A stretch of DNA of 63,469 nt, counting the filler, from Nemertoderma westbladi (taxonomy: Eukaryota > Animalia > Xenacoelomorpha): assembly GCA_032718475.1 (NCBI GenBank). It is 3 parts of 3 records of this genome, joined end to end, with 100 filler letters (N's around TTAATTAATTAA, not from the genome) between each part and the next. Parts side by side here need not be neighbours in the genome. Positions count along the whole stretch, not along the records: positions 1 to 28,939 come from JAUCBJ010006313.1; 2 more parts are not named here. One strand, written 5' to 3'. Both the position numbers and the translations under genes were made by a program. The notes below the pieces were generated by a model. The model did no database searches and had not been told where the DNA came from. It saw only the letters and a program-made list of their open reading frames with translations. Of the stretch, positions 1 through 10,830 are shown in pieces; position 1 is the stretch's first letter, and each line of letters opens with the position of its first letter.

Positions 1-54
1 CCCACCATGGTACATGTCATGATGACTCAACTTAAACGTATTAAAGTCACGGAG

Positions 55-140
55 GGGAGAAGGATTAGTAATTTCACCCTGTAGCGGCAGCCTGGAGAAC
101 TATGTATAGATGGATTACCGTCCCCCACAATGACGTAGGC
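55..140. repeat. Degenerate solitary copy of the ~147-bp monomer found in the 33.6-47 kb Helitron array
   Basis: GGGAGAAGGATT...TTTCACCCTGTAGCGGCAGCCTGGAGAACT resembles the array core GGGAGAAGGATTTCAC...TTTCGCCCCCTAGCGGCAGACTGGAGAACT. Confidence 0.5.
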
Positions 141-159
141 TGCGTTCGCGTTCTAGCAG

Positions 160-3100
160 TTTATTTATTATTTATTTCCTTTTAATGCAGGACTATCCCA
201 TATAGTTAAACAGATGGAATTAACGGTAAAGTACAAACAAACACTCACAATATAGATATATAGCACAACAAATAATATTAGAATTTTTATTTAATTATGA
301 ATTAAGTACAGTAGAATAATCCTAAGTATACCTACTCTCTTACCAAGCACTAGCGTTATTCAACATAAATATAATGCGAGATGGACCATTAATATAACAT
401 GTATTTCGGATTGCACAGATAATAGAATTCCTAGAAACATCGATGCGTTTAAATAAACTTGATACGGATTTATTTCGAATGTGTATAAACTTAGGTAAGT
501 TAAAAGTACCGAAAGCAGCAGACATACAGTACTAGTCGGTTCATCGTTAGTCAACCTGGGTATATGGAAGAGGTTTCTCAGACAGTTATTATAAGCAACG
601 CATTACAGTATATAGGTGTACAAAATGCTATAAAGAGTACTATTTTTACCGCATTACTACAATAACTGAAATTCCTCACCAAAAAATTTCCCCTAGCATA
701 AATACATTGTGTTTGTTTACGAATGTCGTAATCATCATCAGTAGTAGAATGTAATATGTGACCAAGATAATTATATTTATCAACTACTTCAATTCTTTTA
801 CTATTTAAAAACACAGCACCGTAAAGATTAGAGCTACATGATTTAGGTATGAAATACATACATTTTGTTTTTACTTCATTAAACGACATTGAACTGCACA
901 ATGAAAATTTAACAGCTATATTATCTAATAGTTTTTGCAACCCATAAATAGAATTGGAAATCAAAACAAAATCGTCAGCATATCCTAGATGATTAGCTCT
1001 AACATTTCCAACTTTGCACCCGTAATTGCACGTATTCAGCGCCATGCTCAGCTCATATCATCAATATAAACATTAAAAATAAATGGACTTAAAACCCCCC
1101 CTTGTTTGGTTCCATTAGTCACCTTAAATTGGTCGGAAACTACACCAGACCATCTTATGTACATGCACTGTTCTCTATACCACACTGTGAGAATCCTAAC
1201 TATAAACAATAGGACACCTCTACCAATAAGTTTCCGAAACAGCAAGATAATGATTTATTTTGTCGAACCCCTTACTTGCATCCAAAAAGCACCCAAAAAT
1301 CGGCGAATTATGATATAAATATAAATTTATAATTTCCTTTAAAATACATGATTCAGTACAAGATTTGGATTTAAATCCAAACTGGTTATCGGTTGTACAG
1401 TACCAAGGTGTACTAAAAAACAGGTCATGCAGCGAGCTGATTGCTGAAATTAGCGGAGGCCGATCTCCTATTGCTGATCTCCTATTTATGGCTCTATTTT
1501 CATAATATTTCCTTAGAAACTTATTTTGTGCTTCTTTGGTTAGGTGGATATGATGACTATTATTCATAGCAATGTAATCAAATGTGTTTCTGGGATTTTT
1601 ATCTTGTAGTTGCCAAGGTAACCGGGTGCAAAGTTCAAATTTCGAGCGCCTGTAATTCAAAACGACAAGGGATTCTGTTCTTGAGATTTGGTATATGAGT
1701 AAAGGGAATAAAAGTCTATCAAAATATTTTACATTGTAAGTTTTTTTCAATCCCGTTTCCATGGTGACGGGAATTACGATAATTTCCCATTATGACCGCC
1801 AGATTGAAATTGGGCTACTATTCATTACTTATATAATTTTAAACAAACATGCCTGGTGGCTGTCCCTTATTTTTAATAATTGCTAACCGAAATTTAATAT
1901 TCTGAAATGTCACAATCATGCTATAACAGGTCTTACTCTCTGATTGGACAGTTTAGTTTATTGGCAAATATTGACTTTTATAAATATGATTCACAATTGA
2001 CGAATTATAAAATAAAATGTTGGCAATTTTAACTTATTATTTAGACTGACAAACCAAATAAAATTTTTTTTTATAGAATTGGTAGACAATTTTAAAAATT
2101 TTTCATTATACTTACAGTATTTCCATGGCAACGGGAATGTAAACAAATTCAAATGTTAAATATTTTGATAGTCTTTTATTTCCTTTAATCACCTACCAAA
2201 TCTCAAGAACAGAATCCCTTGTCGCCTTGAAATACAGGCGCGCAAAGTTTGAACTTTGCACCCGGTTACCTTGGCAACTACAAGATACAAATTCCAGAAA
2301 CACATTTTATTACATTGCTATGAACCCTAGTCATTATATCCACCTAACAAAAGTAGCATAAAATACGTTTCTAAGGAGATATTATGAAAAAAGTGTCTTA
2401 AATAGGGAAAAGATCGGCCCACGCTAATTTCAGCAATCCGCTCGCTGCATGACCTGTTATTTAGTACACCTTGTACAGTATATAACAGATTTAAGCACCT
2501 TACAGTAGAATGATTCTTTCAATTATATTACTGAAAATAGTTGCTATGGCTATGCCTCTATAATTATCTTTACTAGTGAAATCACCAGTTCGGTCTTTTA
2601 CAATTGGAATTATAGACGCATACATAAAATGTTCAGTGCTCAACCCATCAGGACCAATAGCAGTTCCAGCCTCAAGTTTATTAATTGCTTGAAATACCTC
2701 GTTTACTGTTACCGTGTCTGAGTTTTTAAAAACCGTATCCTTAATCCTTTGTTCAACAAATTCACGGTCAGTGTCATCCTTAACGCTGTTAAGAAGCGAC
2801 TCAAGGTGTATTTTCCACATGTCACTAATTTCAACCGGTCCTAAAGCCTCGCCCACTCGGTCACTTGTTCGGTAATGGAACCTCTGATTTGCAGGTTGAT
2901 CTTGCTGAATCCCAAAACTCCTTTGAGGACTTATTAATGAGATTGTGAGCAATCTTATCAGATTTTATCTTGAGCTCATTACGCTTACATAAACGAAGGG
3001 CCCTTTTGAAATTGGCACGTGCTTGCGTGTACCCCAAATGAATTGGACCTTGCCTGGGGCACCCGACTGATTTCCAAAGTTTAAACTTTAACCGCGATTC

Positions 3101-3920
3101 GTCATACTTCTCCTGAGCGAATTTATTCCACCGTGGAACAGTTTTCCACTTGTCTCCTACAACACCGGATTTTGAAACCTTAATATGCAGTTTTAGCGGA
3201 AATCTTTAAGATGTGTAGAACCTGTTCATAAGTATCAGCAATACTCTTACGATGAACTTCACTAGTGCACATTGAGTCCTTACAACTTAAAAGATGATCA
3301 TCTACAACCAATTGTCTTAAACGATAACTTGACTCTTCTAAATATAGTGAAATGCTTGCCTGTGAAGAATGAGACCAATCATATCTCGAGCTGGTAGGGG
3401 CAGCGCCAGCCCCTATGTTATTAACTGTTGGACTATACTAACAGAAACTGAAAGAGTTGCACTCAGCGACATGTGATCATATGATTTAATATCGTATAAG
3501 GGTTTAATATTATTAATGGACCCCGCAAATGATTTAGAACATATAATATGGTCAAGCGAAGAATTACTAGATCACTCTAGTAATTCACTGATGAAAGTGA
3601 AAGTATCCTGAGGAAGACGATCTGTGTCTAACACTATCAGTGCCAGCAACTCACAACACTCACACAGGTCAGTAAAAAAGTGCCTACCGGGATACAAATA
3701 TGCGTGGCCGTCCTCAACTCTATTATCCCCTAAGCAATCCAGACACTCAATGAATAAATCTGCGTTGTCAGATGATTCATATGGAAAATATATATTTAAT
3801 AATAACAGTGACTCATTATTATCCAGATTAATATTAAGTCCCATAATACGATGACTATTATTAAAAACTCTAGGTTCTATATTATTGGGAGAAAAATTAA
3901 TATCATTACGCCACAAAATA
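160..3920 (-). mobile_element. Decayed non-LTR retrotransposon (APE endonuclease + RT), RTEX-like
   Basis: Collinear minus-strand fragments: endonuclease (LLLLNIYFPYES, 3572-3916), RT motifs IIPIVKDRTGDFTSKDNYRGIA (2500-2952), DNQFGFK and CFLDASKGFDKINH (~1250-1400), GTKQGGVLSPFIFNVYIDD (1048-1245), LGYADDFVL and YNYLGH (578-1045). Many stops and frameshifts; (AATA)n-like tail at ~160-180. Confidence 0.85.
1404..2473. mobile_element. Non-autonomous TIR DNA transposon with ~370-bp inverted repeats, possibly P superfamily, inserted in the LINE RT
   Basis: Termini CAAGGTGTACTAAA...TTTAGTACACCTTG; 1404-~1770 is the reverse complement of ~2120-2473; flanks TACAGTAC (1396-1403) and TACAGTAT (2474-2481) give a 7-8 bp TSD. 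RT motifs resume on either side. Confidence 0.85.
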
Positions 3921-3949
3921 GTAGATGTATAGATGTAGTAAATATCTCA

Positions 3950-4016
3950 CAATGAGAGAAGGACTTCACTATCACTGTCATACGTTACGCCCTCTAGTGG
4001 CAGACTGGAGAAATTA
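3950..4016. repeat. Solitary Helitron-array monomer remnant containing a CTCF-like motif
   Basis: AATGAGAGAAGGACTTCACT...CGCCCTCTAGTGGCAGACTGGAGAA matches the array monomer; reverse complement of 3988-4003 is CTGCCACTAGAGGGCG. Confidence 0.6.
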
Positions 4017-4303
4017 TGAGGTTTATCCTCCTTTGAAAGTTGCAGCTAATATAAAATACATTTCTGCAATTTTCAGCTGAACGGATAATTAATAGCCACG
4101 GTATCTCTCATTTCAGTTCACTGCATTTCAGCATTTAACTTTCAGCACCATGATCACTGCTACTGTGCTTGTGCTACTGTATAACAACTGAACTGCTGTA
4201 CATGATTCAAACGCAAATATCGTAGCGGTCTTGTCAGCTTGTACTTCTGTACTTATCTCAATACCGGTACCGGTACCTCCTGATCGAGCTTATATCCTGC
4301 ACA

Positions 4304-5911
4304 ATGTGGACCTACGGATACCGATACTCTAAATGTGACTCATTCAATATAATAAACTTAGTGCTAGTGTTGTCGTTTTTACCGGCCGTGCTTTGCGATT
4401 ACGGTGCCCTGCGGGTTCAATCTCCCGATAACTCCTACATTGAGTTTTGTGTCGGATACAATCCCAATATATCGAGTTTACCCCAAGTAGTATCCGAGAC
4501 TACAAAGAATCCTCTAATTATCCTCGACACCGATGGGTGCTCAATTATTCGATATCAACAATCCCAGAATTACGTTGTCATTAACTGCGATGGCAACTGC
4601 TCCATGGCTGAAAGAGCAGTCAATGTACAGCAAGCTGGAGGTAGCGCCGTCATTGTAGTTGGAAACCTCACATGTTTAGGGGCGATTCCTGTAAATAATC
4701 TTACCGAATTTGAAAACATTAACATTCCAGTCGCAAAACTAGAAAATAAAAATTTAAGAAAGATTCAAAATCTCGGTGTATCCGTAAATGCGACTCTTTA
4801 CGCCCCAGAAGTCCCTTCCTGGGATTCCAACATATTCCTATTGGCTTTCCTGGCTGTTGGAACGGTTGTACTCGGTGGGATTGTAGCTGTGCCTCCCGGG
4901 AACTTCCGTCGTAGGGTGGAGGGGTGTGAGACCGACACTAACAGACCTGCTAGAGCCGCATCCAATCACAACAGTTCGTCTCTGAACATGATGAATGCGA
5001 GCATGGTGGCGGTGTTACTGGTCGCTATCGTAGGGATGCTGTTACTGCTGTATTACTTCTACGATATTTTTGTATACGTTATCATCGCTGTGTTCAGCTT
5101 AGCTTCCGTTGTCGCCATGTTCTCCCTCCTGCGTCCCCTATTGGTAGCCGTCGGTTGCCCTGGAGTCCGCCGTTTACGTTCACAACGCTGCAAACAATCA
5201 TTGAGTTTCTCCGAGCTGATCCTATTGGCTGGTTGCGTCGGACTCACCGTGGTCTGGGTGGTCATTCGCAACGAGGATTACGCCTGGTCCCTCCAGGACA
5301 TCCTCGGGGTCGCCTTCTGCGTCCACATGCTCAACACAATCCGACTCTCCAGTTACAAGGTCTGCGCCATTCTCCTGTGTTCGCTCTTTGTCTACGATAT
5401 CTTCTTCGTCTTCATCACGCCGTTGTTCACGAGTAAAGACGTGCCGAGTATAATGGAGCAGGTAGCTACGGGATACGGGTCTACCTCGGGCGAGTCTCTC
5501 CCTATGCTACTCAAGGTCCCTAGGTTTATGTACTCGCCGTACCACAGCTGCGACACTCGCTATTCTATGCTCGGCTTCGGGGACATCATTGTTCCCGGTC
5601 TGTTGGTCGTCTACAGCAAGGCCTTCGATAAGAGCGTCGGGAACTCGCGTCCCGTATACTTCCTCGTCTGCGCAACCGCGTACGCTCTCGGCCTCATCGT
5701 TACTTTCATCGCTTTGATCTTCATGGCCCGCGGCCAACCGGCCCTGTTGTATCTGGTGCCGGCGTGCGTCGGATCCGTTGGGGTAACCGCGGTGCTTCGC
5801 GGAGAATTACAAACATTTTGGTCCGGAAAAATTAAAAAAGAACTTATTGAATCTCAGCCGGTTGATAAATCGGACGATAAAGAACCTCTGGATCGCGATA
5901 TTTGTCGTTAA
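4304..5911 (+). CDS. SPPL2: Signal peptide peptidase-like 2 (GxGD intramembrane aspartyl protease, A22B, with PA domain), intronless, 535 aa
   Basis: N-terminal signal peptide, PA domain (GNCSMAERAVNVQQAGGSAVIVV), multiple TM helices, LQDILG, catalytic YDIFFVF and LGFGDIIVPG, C-terminal GQPALLYLVP; one uninterrupted ORF. Confidence 0.95.
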   Translation: MWTYGYRYSKCDSFNIINLVLVLSFLPAVLCDYGALRVQSPDNSYIEFCVGYNPNISSLPQVVSETTKNPLIILDTDGCSIIRYQQSQNYVVINCDGNCSMAERAVNVQQAGGSAVIVVGNLTCLGAIPVNNLTEFENINIPVAKLENKNLRKIQNLGVSVNATLYAPEVPSWDSNIFLLAFLAVGTVVLGGIVAVPPGNFRRRVEGCETDTNRPARAASNHNSSSLNMMNASMVAVLLVAIVGMLLLLYYFYDIFVYVIIAVFSLASVVAMFSLLRPLLVAVGCPGVRRLRSQRCKQSLSFSELILLAGCVGLTVVWVVIRNEDYAWSLQDILGVAFCVHMLNTIRLSSYKVCAILLCSLFVYDIFFVFITPLFTSKDVPSIMEQVATGYGSTSGESLPMLLKVPRFMYSPYHSCDTRYSMLGFGDIIVPGLLVVYSKAFDKSVGNSRPVYFLVCATAYALGLIVTFIALIFMARGQPALLYLVPACVGSVGVTAVLRGELQTFWSGKIKKELIESQPVDKSDDKEPLDRDICR

Positions 5912-6649
5912 CAATAGTAACGCGTTACATAGATAATCCAGTCCGTTACTATATTGATTATGCTTTAATGTAAATCTCTTAGTGTTTCTTTAAACTGTGA
6001 TACTTTATTTCTCCGGAATTTATAATTAGATATATTCAACTCTATATTTTTTATCAGTTTGCTATCATTGCGAAATGGAATTATATTTGGATCAGAGTTG
6101 AATACTGTAGGTTTTGCACTTTTTAAAACCTTATTGGGATACACCGATACACGTTTTTGTTTTTGGATAACATAAGTACTTCTTCTTTACTGAGGGTTTT
6201 CTTATTTCTTCGTATCAGTGAATATAAAAAGAAGAGAAGATATTTATTTATTATAAATAAACTTAACTATTAATTAACGACTTCAGTGTCTATTTCGTAT
6301 CCGCAGCAAACACATTGTGTGTTTTGTTAATTATTGTTTTCCTCTCATCATCCCTTACATATTTTTCTGTGTTTGCTTTCATTCTCATAACTATTAATAT
6401 TTATCACAACTAATTAACTGAAGAGCCCAAATTTTGGATTTATGATATTTGTTTCATATTCACCTTCCATTGCTTTTCATTTTGTGTAGTTTTAAGAAAT
6501 GTGTTACTTGTAATCTTTAGATAGATTATTTAATTATACTCAAGGACTTTTACGGTAAATGTTATATGTTGGCGGTAATAAATACGTCGCTCAATGACTT
6601 AACGAAATTGAAGACCTCTAACCCAAGTGACACTTTGGCAGCCAATACT

Positions 6650-6930
6650 TGAGGTGATTATGTATTCAGTTGGTTGAGCGCCGGGCCTGCAATCTACTGG
6701 TTGTAGGTTCAGCCCCGCCAGGGTCCAATCAGCCTTTCATTTTCTGGGGTCGATAAAATGAGTACCAGTTGAATTACTGGGAGCAAAACAAGGGATAGGA
6801 GTAGCGCCCACCCCTAACTTCGGGTAGCAGTTAGGAATAGCGGCCACCCCCTACCCTCGGGTAGCAGCTATCGAAAGAGGAGCCTTCGGGTCGCCTCCGG
6901 CCTCGGCCGACTGTTTACGTGCTTGCTTGA
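6650..6930 (+). mobile_element. tRNA-derived SINE with a conserved central domain (Meta-domain-like)
   Basis: A-box-like TCAGTTGGTTGAGCG and B-box-like GGTTCAGCCC, then TCAGCCTTTCATTTTCTGGGGTCGATAAAATGAGTACCAG, a 3' GGAGCCTTCGGGTCGCCTCC hairpin and a (GCTT)n tail. Domain name is from memory of published SINE cores. Confidence 0.7.
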
Positions 6931-9117
6931 TAATATTTGGCTTTTCTTCCTGTTCCTCTGTAATGAATCTGAGCCCGGTCGGTCCCATGGGGGCCAACAT
7001 GGTGCGTACACCCCTGATTCGAAACCAACTGCCTTCCCTTTGTATTTTTTCTCTATTGCACAAATACCAATTTCATATAATATTTGTATCTCTAAGTAAT
7101 TTAATTTTAATGCAATGCTTTCATTCTGTAATGGATATGAAATGTTGTAGTAATTATGTTCTTCTATTGCTAACTAACCTGCTTTTAGGGTCCACTCCAC
7201 ACGTTGTGTTATTGTTTTAGTTATGTAAGAGTCACAAACTATTAGTGGATTTCTTGACTAGTTAATATTTGGGATAGTGAACCCTTTGATAGCCACCTTC
7301 CTTAGTCGATGGATATTTTGAATTATTTCACGTTATAAACTTTAAAGGTTATTGTTTCCTTGGGTGGCCTCGTGGTGCATATTTGTAACGATATACAAAT
7401 TATATTATTGTAATCTCAAATAAATATGCAGCTCAAGCATTCAATTATATTTATTTTTTACCGTTTTTTTTATTGCAACCTCAGAAAATATAAAACTCTG
7501 GCAATAAAGTTCCTAATTGAGTGTTTTTGGGCCCATGTGAAGTGTCATGTATTTCCCATTCCCGGGAGAGAAAGAAACGACCTTCCTGGAGCCCTCTCAA
7601 TTAGAGATTCTGGCTACTTTCCCGTCCAGCCCAGGAAATTTCACATGGGAGTCATTTTCTACGAGATTATTTTAATAAGATATTATATATTGTCTGAGAA
7701 TTATGAATATGAGGGAGTGTGGGTGGGAGGGAGGCATGGAGGGAATGAGGGGGGGAGAAAAGGTAGGGAAGACTGCCGAAGACAAGCATCCTGAAATTAG
7801 GGGAGAAATTAAAGAAAAGGAAGGAATATAATAATATTATATACCGGTACAGTAATACTATTAATAATGTATCGTTTATTGTTTTGGTTAGAAAACACAA
7901 TCGCTCTAACCTGATTCTTTCCCATGATATGGTTGGTGTATTTTGTGTATCGGTTTTATTAACCAGTTTTAAGTTTTATACCCAGTTGGGTCATTCCACT
8001 GGGCCTGACACCATAGGTCACCGATTTTTTTGAAACTTGCACCAAATATTAGCGAACATATACCTAGCAAAATGCAAAAAAAATTAGCTCAAAATGTTTT
8101 CCTGTTCAAAAGTTACATCCTTCTAAAAAGGGCGAGTCTGCGTCAGCACTTGCGATCGTTGCGCTTATCGCGAAGTGTGTTAAATCCACAAATATGAACA
8201 TTTTGACAATTTTTGTGTGATTTATAAGACCAATTAGATGTTTCTGGGGTAATTTGATGGTGCTGAGTTCGAAAATGGCATTAATAACGATTCAAAACGA
8301 AGTCCAAGTACTCTATGGGTGAAAAAATGTAAAAATTTGAATTTTGCGATAGTTCGATACCTGACAAAATTCAAATGATCATTTGGTGATGTGGCCAAGT
8401 GTTGCCGGTCTTGATTTTTGGTGTGAATATATACAACATGTGATAGTATAATCATGCAAAATTTGGTGAGGGTAATCGCACGAATTTATTTCGCATATCG
8501 TGATATGTGTTAAATTCACAAATATGATATTTTTCACAATTTTTCTAAATATGGGACAAATTAGATGTTTCTCGGGTAATTAATTCGATGGTGAAGAGTT
8601 CGAAAATAGTGCCAAAGGCTACTTAACGAAGTCCAAGTACTCTATGGGAGAAAAATTGGAATAATTTGCTCTCATTGATAGTTCGATAACTGACAAAATT
8701 CAAAAAATCATTTGATGATGTGGCAAGTGATGATGGTCTTGATTTTTGCGTGAATATAAACAACATTTGGTACTGTGATCAGGCAAAATTTGATGAGGGT
8801 AATCACACGAATTTTCAAATTATCGCATTTTTCTTGTCATTTCGCTTATCGCGATATGTGTTAGATTGACAAATATGTTAATTTTCCCAATTTGGGACCA
8901 ATTAGATGTTTTTAAGGTAATTTGGTGGTGCTGAAATGATGTAAAGAACTACTCAAAACGAATGGAAAACGAATTTCCCTGTAGTTTTAGTTCAACTGAG
9001 GTTATCAGCCTTAAGCTCTGCCACGTCGTCAACGTTCTACAGGAAGGCAGAGTTTGGCTTTTTGTTTGACCTTTTGCCGGAAGCCAAATAAACCAGGAAA
9101 CTAATGGCTTTTTTATT

Positions 9118-9438
9118 TATATTCCCTAATAACCAGTAAACTTTTCAAGATATAGATTATACTTGCAATAATAGTTAACAATAAATATTGCAAATTGATG
9201 TTGAGTTAATATTTATAGAGTAATAGTAATATTTATTTATACAGTTGTGTAGAGCGCGTCCAGTTGTTTCTTGAACTTAAGAGCCGATGCGTTGCCGATG
9301 AAGAGCCCAAGCAGCCGGTCAATACTGCGCGGGGATGTCGTGACCTCGCAGACCCGCACCATCCCCGAACCCCAAACCGCGCCATGATCGTCGTCCGCCA
9401 CGGAGGCAGAGGGAACTGGACCGGAGGAGGGCGAATTG
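9118..9438 (-). mobile_element. Short 5'-truncated CRE-clade LINE 3' end inside the Sola2 arm
   Basis: Encodes QFALLRSSSLCLRGGRRSWRGLGFGDGAGLRGHDIPAQY*, near-identical to the C-terminus of ORF 51174-51635; 14-bp TSD ATGGCTTTTTTATT (9104-9117, 9439-9452); the opposite arm (~9840-9900) shows the empty site. Confidence 0.85.
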
Positions 9439-9521
9439 ATGGCTTTTTTATTGACCTATGCCGGAAGCCACATAAACCGGGAAGATATTCAGAATAAGTA
9501 GTTGTTATTGTCAAATTCAGT

Positions 9522-9779
9522 TTATAATAGAGATCCAATTAACTTTAATTCATTAGTAGAAATTGAATAAGTTCGACCTGTTCTGGTAATAGGAGGTTGT
9601 ATCTTTAGTAGGATATTGGTGCTTGGAACCCAGCATTTATCTGCCTTGGGAGGCCAGTTTAAATGTGCCCGTGAATAACCTGGTGGGTGGATAAAGCTAA
9701 TCAAATAATCTGAATGTTCATCAGAGCACTCTAACACAAGTCCAATCCACCACACTTCATCGTATCTACAGGCTGCATA
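9522..9779 (-). pseudogene. C-terminal fragment of a Sola2-type transposase
   Basis: YAACRYDEVWWIGLV...FIHPPG...WPPKADKCWVP...ILLKIQPP...GRTY pattern, recalled as typical of Sola2 transposase C-termini; lies centrally in an element with GGG/CCC ends and a 4-bp TSD. Confidence 0.65.
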
Positions 9780-10830
9780 AAAACATAAAAGGCATAAAAA
9801 CTACTTATTCTTAATATCTTCCCGGTTTATGTGGCTTCCGGCAAAGGTCAATTAAAAAGCTGTAGGTTTCATGGTTTATTTGGCTTCCGGCAAAAGGTCA
9901 ACCAAAAAGCGAAAATCTGCCTTCCTGTAGAATGTTGACGTAGAAGGCTGATAACCTCAGTTGAACTAAAGCTACAGGGAAATTCGTTCTCCATTCGTTT
10001 TGAGAAGTTATTTACATAATTTTTGAACTCAGCACCACCAAAATAACTGAGAAACATCTAAATGGTCCCATATTTAGCAGTAAATTGTGAAAAGTATCAT
10101 ATTTGTGAATTTAACACATATCGTGATAAGCGAAATGACAAGAAAAATACGATAATTTGAAAATTCGTGTTATTACCCTCATCAAATTTTGCATGGTCAT
10201 AGTACCAAAGTTGTTTATATTCACGCCAAAAATCAAGACCATCAACACTTGCCACATCACCAAATGATGTTTTGAATTTTGTCAGTTATCGAACTATCGA
10301 CGAAAGCAAATTTTTATAATTTTTCTCCCATAGAGTACTTAGACTTCGTTTTAAGTAGCCTTTGGCACTATTTTCGAACTCTGCACCATCGAATTACCCG
10401 AGAAACATCTAATTTGTCCATATTTAGCAGAAAAATTGTGAAAAATATCATATTTTGTGAATTTAACACATATCGCGATAAGCGAAATAACGACAAAGGC
10501 GAAAAATGCGATAATTTGAAAATTCGTGCGATTACCCTCATCAAATATATATAATATTATATATTATATATATTTTCATCTTATTGACGTGGAATGACCC
10601 AGTTTTATTAAATATCGTTTATTGTTTTGGTTAGAAAACACTGTCACTATAACCTGTTTCTTTCCAATGATTGGTGTATTTTTTGTATCGACCATGTAAC
10701 CTGTTTTTCCTCCCTTATTTTTTAACCAAACCCATCCCATCCATTCAATCTAATAAATATATCACGCATTCTTTGTTACTGTGGGAAATGTCCAGGATAA
10801 CGCACATGGGCCGATGCTTCGACAGTCTCT

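Larger units (their letters stand above)
7988..10600 (-). mobile_element. Sola2-like non-autonomous DNA transposon
   Basis: Termini GGGTCATTCCAC...GTGGAATGACCC with 4-bp TSD AGTT (7984-7987, 10601-10604); long inverted subterminal arms (~8500-9500 vs ~9790-10545) built of ~345-bp subrepeats; central transposase remnant. Confidence 0.75.
7530..10812. mobile_element. Possible older TIR element hosting the Sola2 insertion
   Basis: GGCCCATGTG (7530) and CACATGGGCC (10803-10812) are inverted, with weak similarity extending to ATTTCCCA. The unit ATCGTTTATTGTTTTGGTTAGAAAACAC occurs on both sides of the Sola2 element. No TSD seen. Confidence 0.3.

Noticed and set aside
1220-1762. 180-aa ORF as a real protein
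   Set aside because: Chance fusion of TIR-element sequence with a LINE RT fragment.
6655-6730. Functional tRNA-Cys gene
   Set aside because: Degenerate boxes, no good acceptor stem, and it continues into a SINE body.
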